Origin: an uncultured Ignavibacteria bacterium
Lineage (GTDB): Bacteria; Bacteroidota; Ignavibacteria; Tepidaquicellales; OLB5
Reading direction: 5' to 3'
Length of the DNA: 64,000 bases
Assembly (NCBI GenBank): GCA_937873695.1
Contig: CALMYL010000030.1
Location: forward strand, 10,171 to 74,170
Shown here: positions 63,988 through 64,000 of the stretch, one piece after another
How the letters are laid out: the number at the start of each line of letters is the position of its first letter
Position numbering within the stretch: position 1 is the first letter of the stretch
Made by a program: the position numbers and the translations under genes
The notes under the pieces: model-generated
The model's input: the letters and a program-made list of their open reading frames with translations, nothing else
Databases searched by the model: none
Told to the model about the DNA's origin: nothing

Positions 63988-64000
63988 ACTAACCGGCGAT

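Noticed and set aside
1-64000. A scan of the intergenic regions for tRNA, rRNA, tmRNA, SRP/RNase P RNA, known riboswitches, group II intron domain V and CRISPR repeats
   Set aside because: I could not recognise any of their characteristic conserved strings (T-loop GGTTCGAATCC-type, SRP or RNase P cores, and so on) by eye. Proper covariance-model searches are needed before calling the window free of RNA genes.

Overview
The window reads as ordinary chromosomal DNA from a moderately AT-rich bacterium with a type IX secretion system (T9SS). It is probably in the Bacteroidota/Ignavibacteriota part of the FCB group. That placement is inferred from a PorU/PorV pair, five ORFs ending in NYPNPFNP-type T9SS C-terminal sorting domains, BamD and TonB-type outer-membrane proteins. 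About 55 protein genes lie in long co-directional blocks.

Gene content:
- Housekeeping: ddl, metF, bamD, ccmA/ccmB, ftsE, pdxA, prmC, dtd, folB, folK, sucD, yajQ, a pcrA/uvrD helicase, a deoxynucleoside kinase and fumarylacetoacetase.
- A porU-porV operon that continues into a 1054-aa FG-GAP/M6-like cargo gene and a family 2 glycosyltransferase (GT2).
- A 1247-aa fused GltD-like/PyrK-like oxidoreductase.
- A tryptophanase/tyrosine-phenol-lyase family gene.
- A small accessory islet: DUF4160, DUF2442, an EVE-domain gene and a disrupted four-helix-bundle gene.

I recognised no rRNA, tRNA, CRISPR array, transposase, integrase or phage genes.

The unusual material is mostly non-coding:
- Two long ORF-free, hairpin-dense regions (9658-10789 and 18673-20356), each headed by a paralogous sigma70-type promoter plus a conserved leader block.
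- Several families of short palindromic repeats scattered through the window, some showing compensatory stem changes.
- One 46-nt palindromic element that sits in frame inside the sorting domain of a T9SS cargo gene.
- A lyase cassette bracketed by nested repeats, including a perfect 45-bp inverted repeat.
- 7-nt-periodic TTG tracts at gene boundaries, one of them inside a signal-peptide coding region.

Other oddities are two in-frame stop codons (a TAA splitting a signal peptide from its cargo body, and a TAG in the four-helix-bundle gene), a SucD with a 65-residue lysine-rich tail, and an M6-like domain whose HExxH site is degenerate.

I found no clear multi-gene system of unknown function. 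The repeat and leader architecture is my best candidate for something undescribed. All repeat identities and hairpins were worked out by eye, and no database search was possible.
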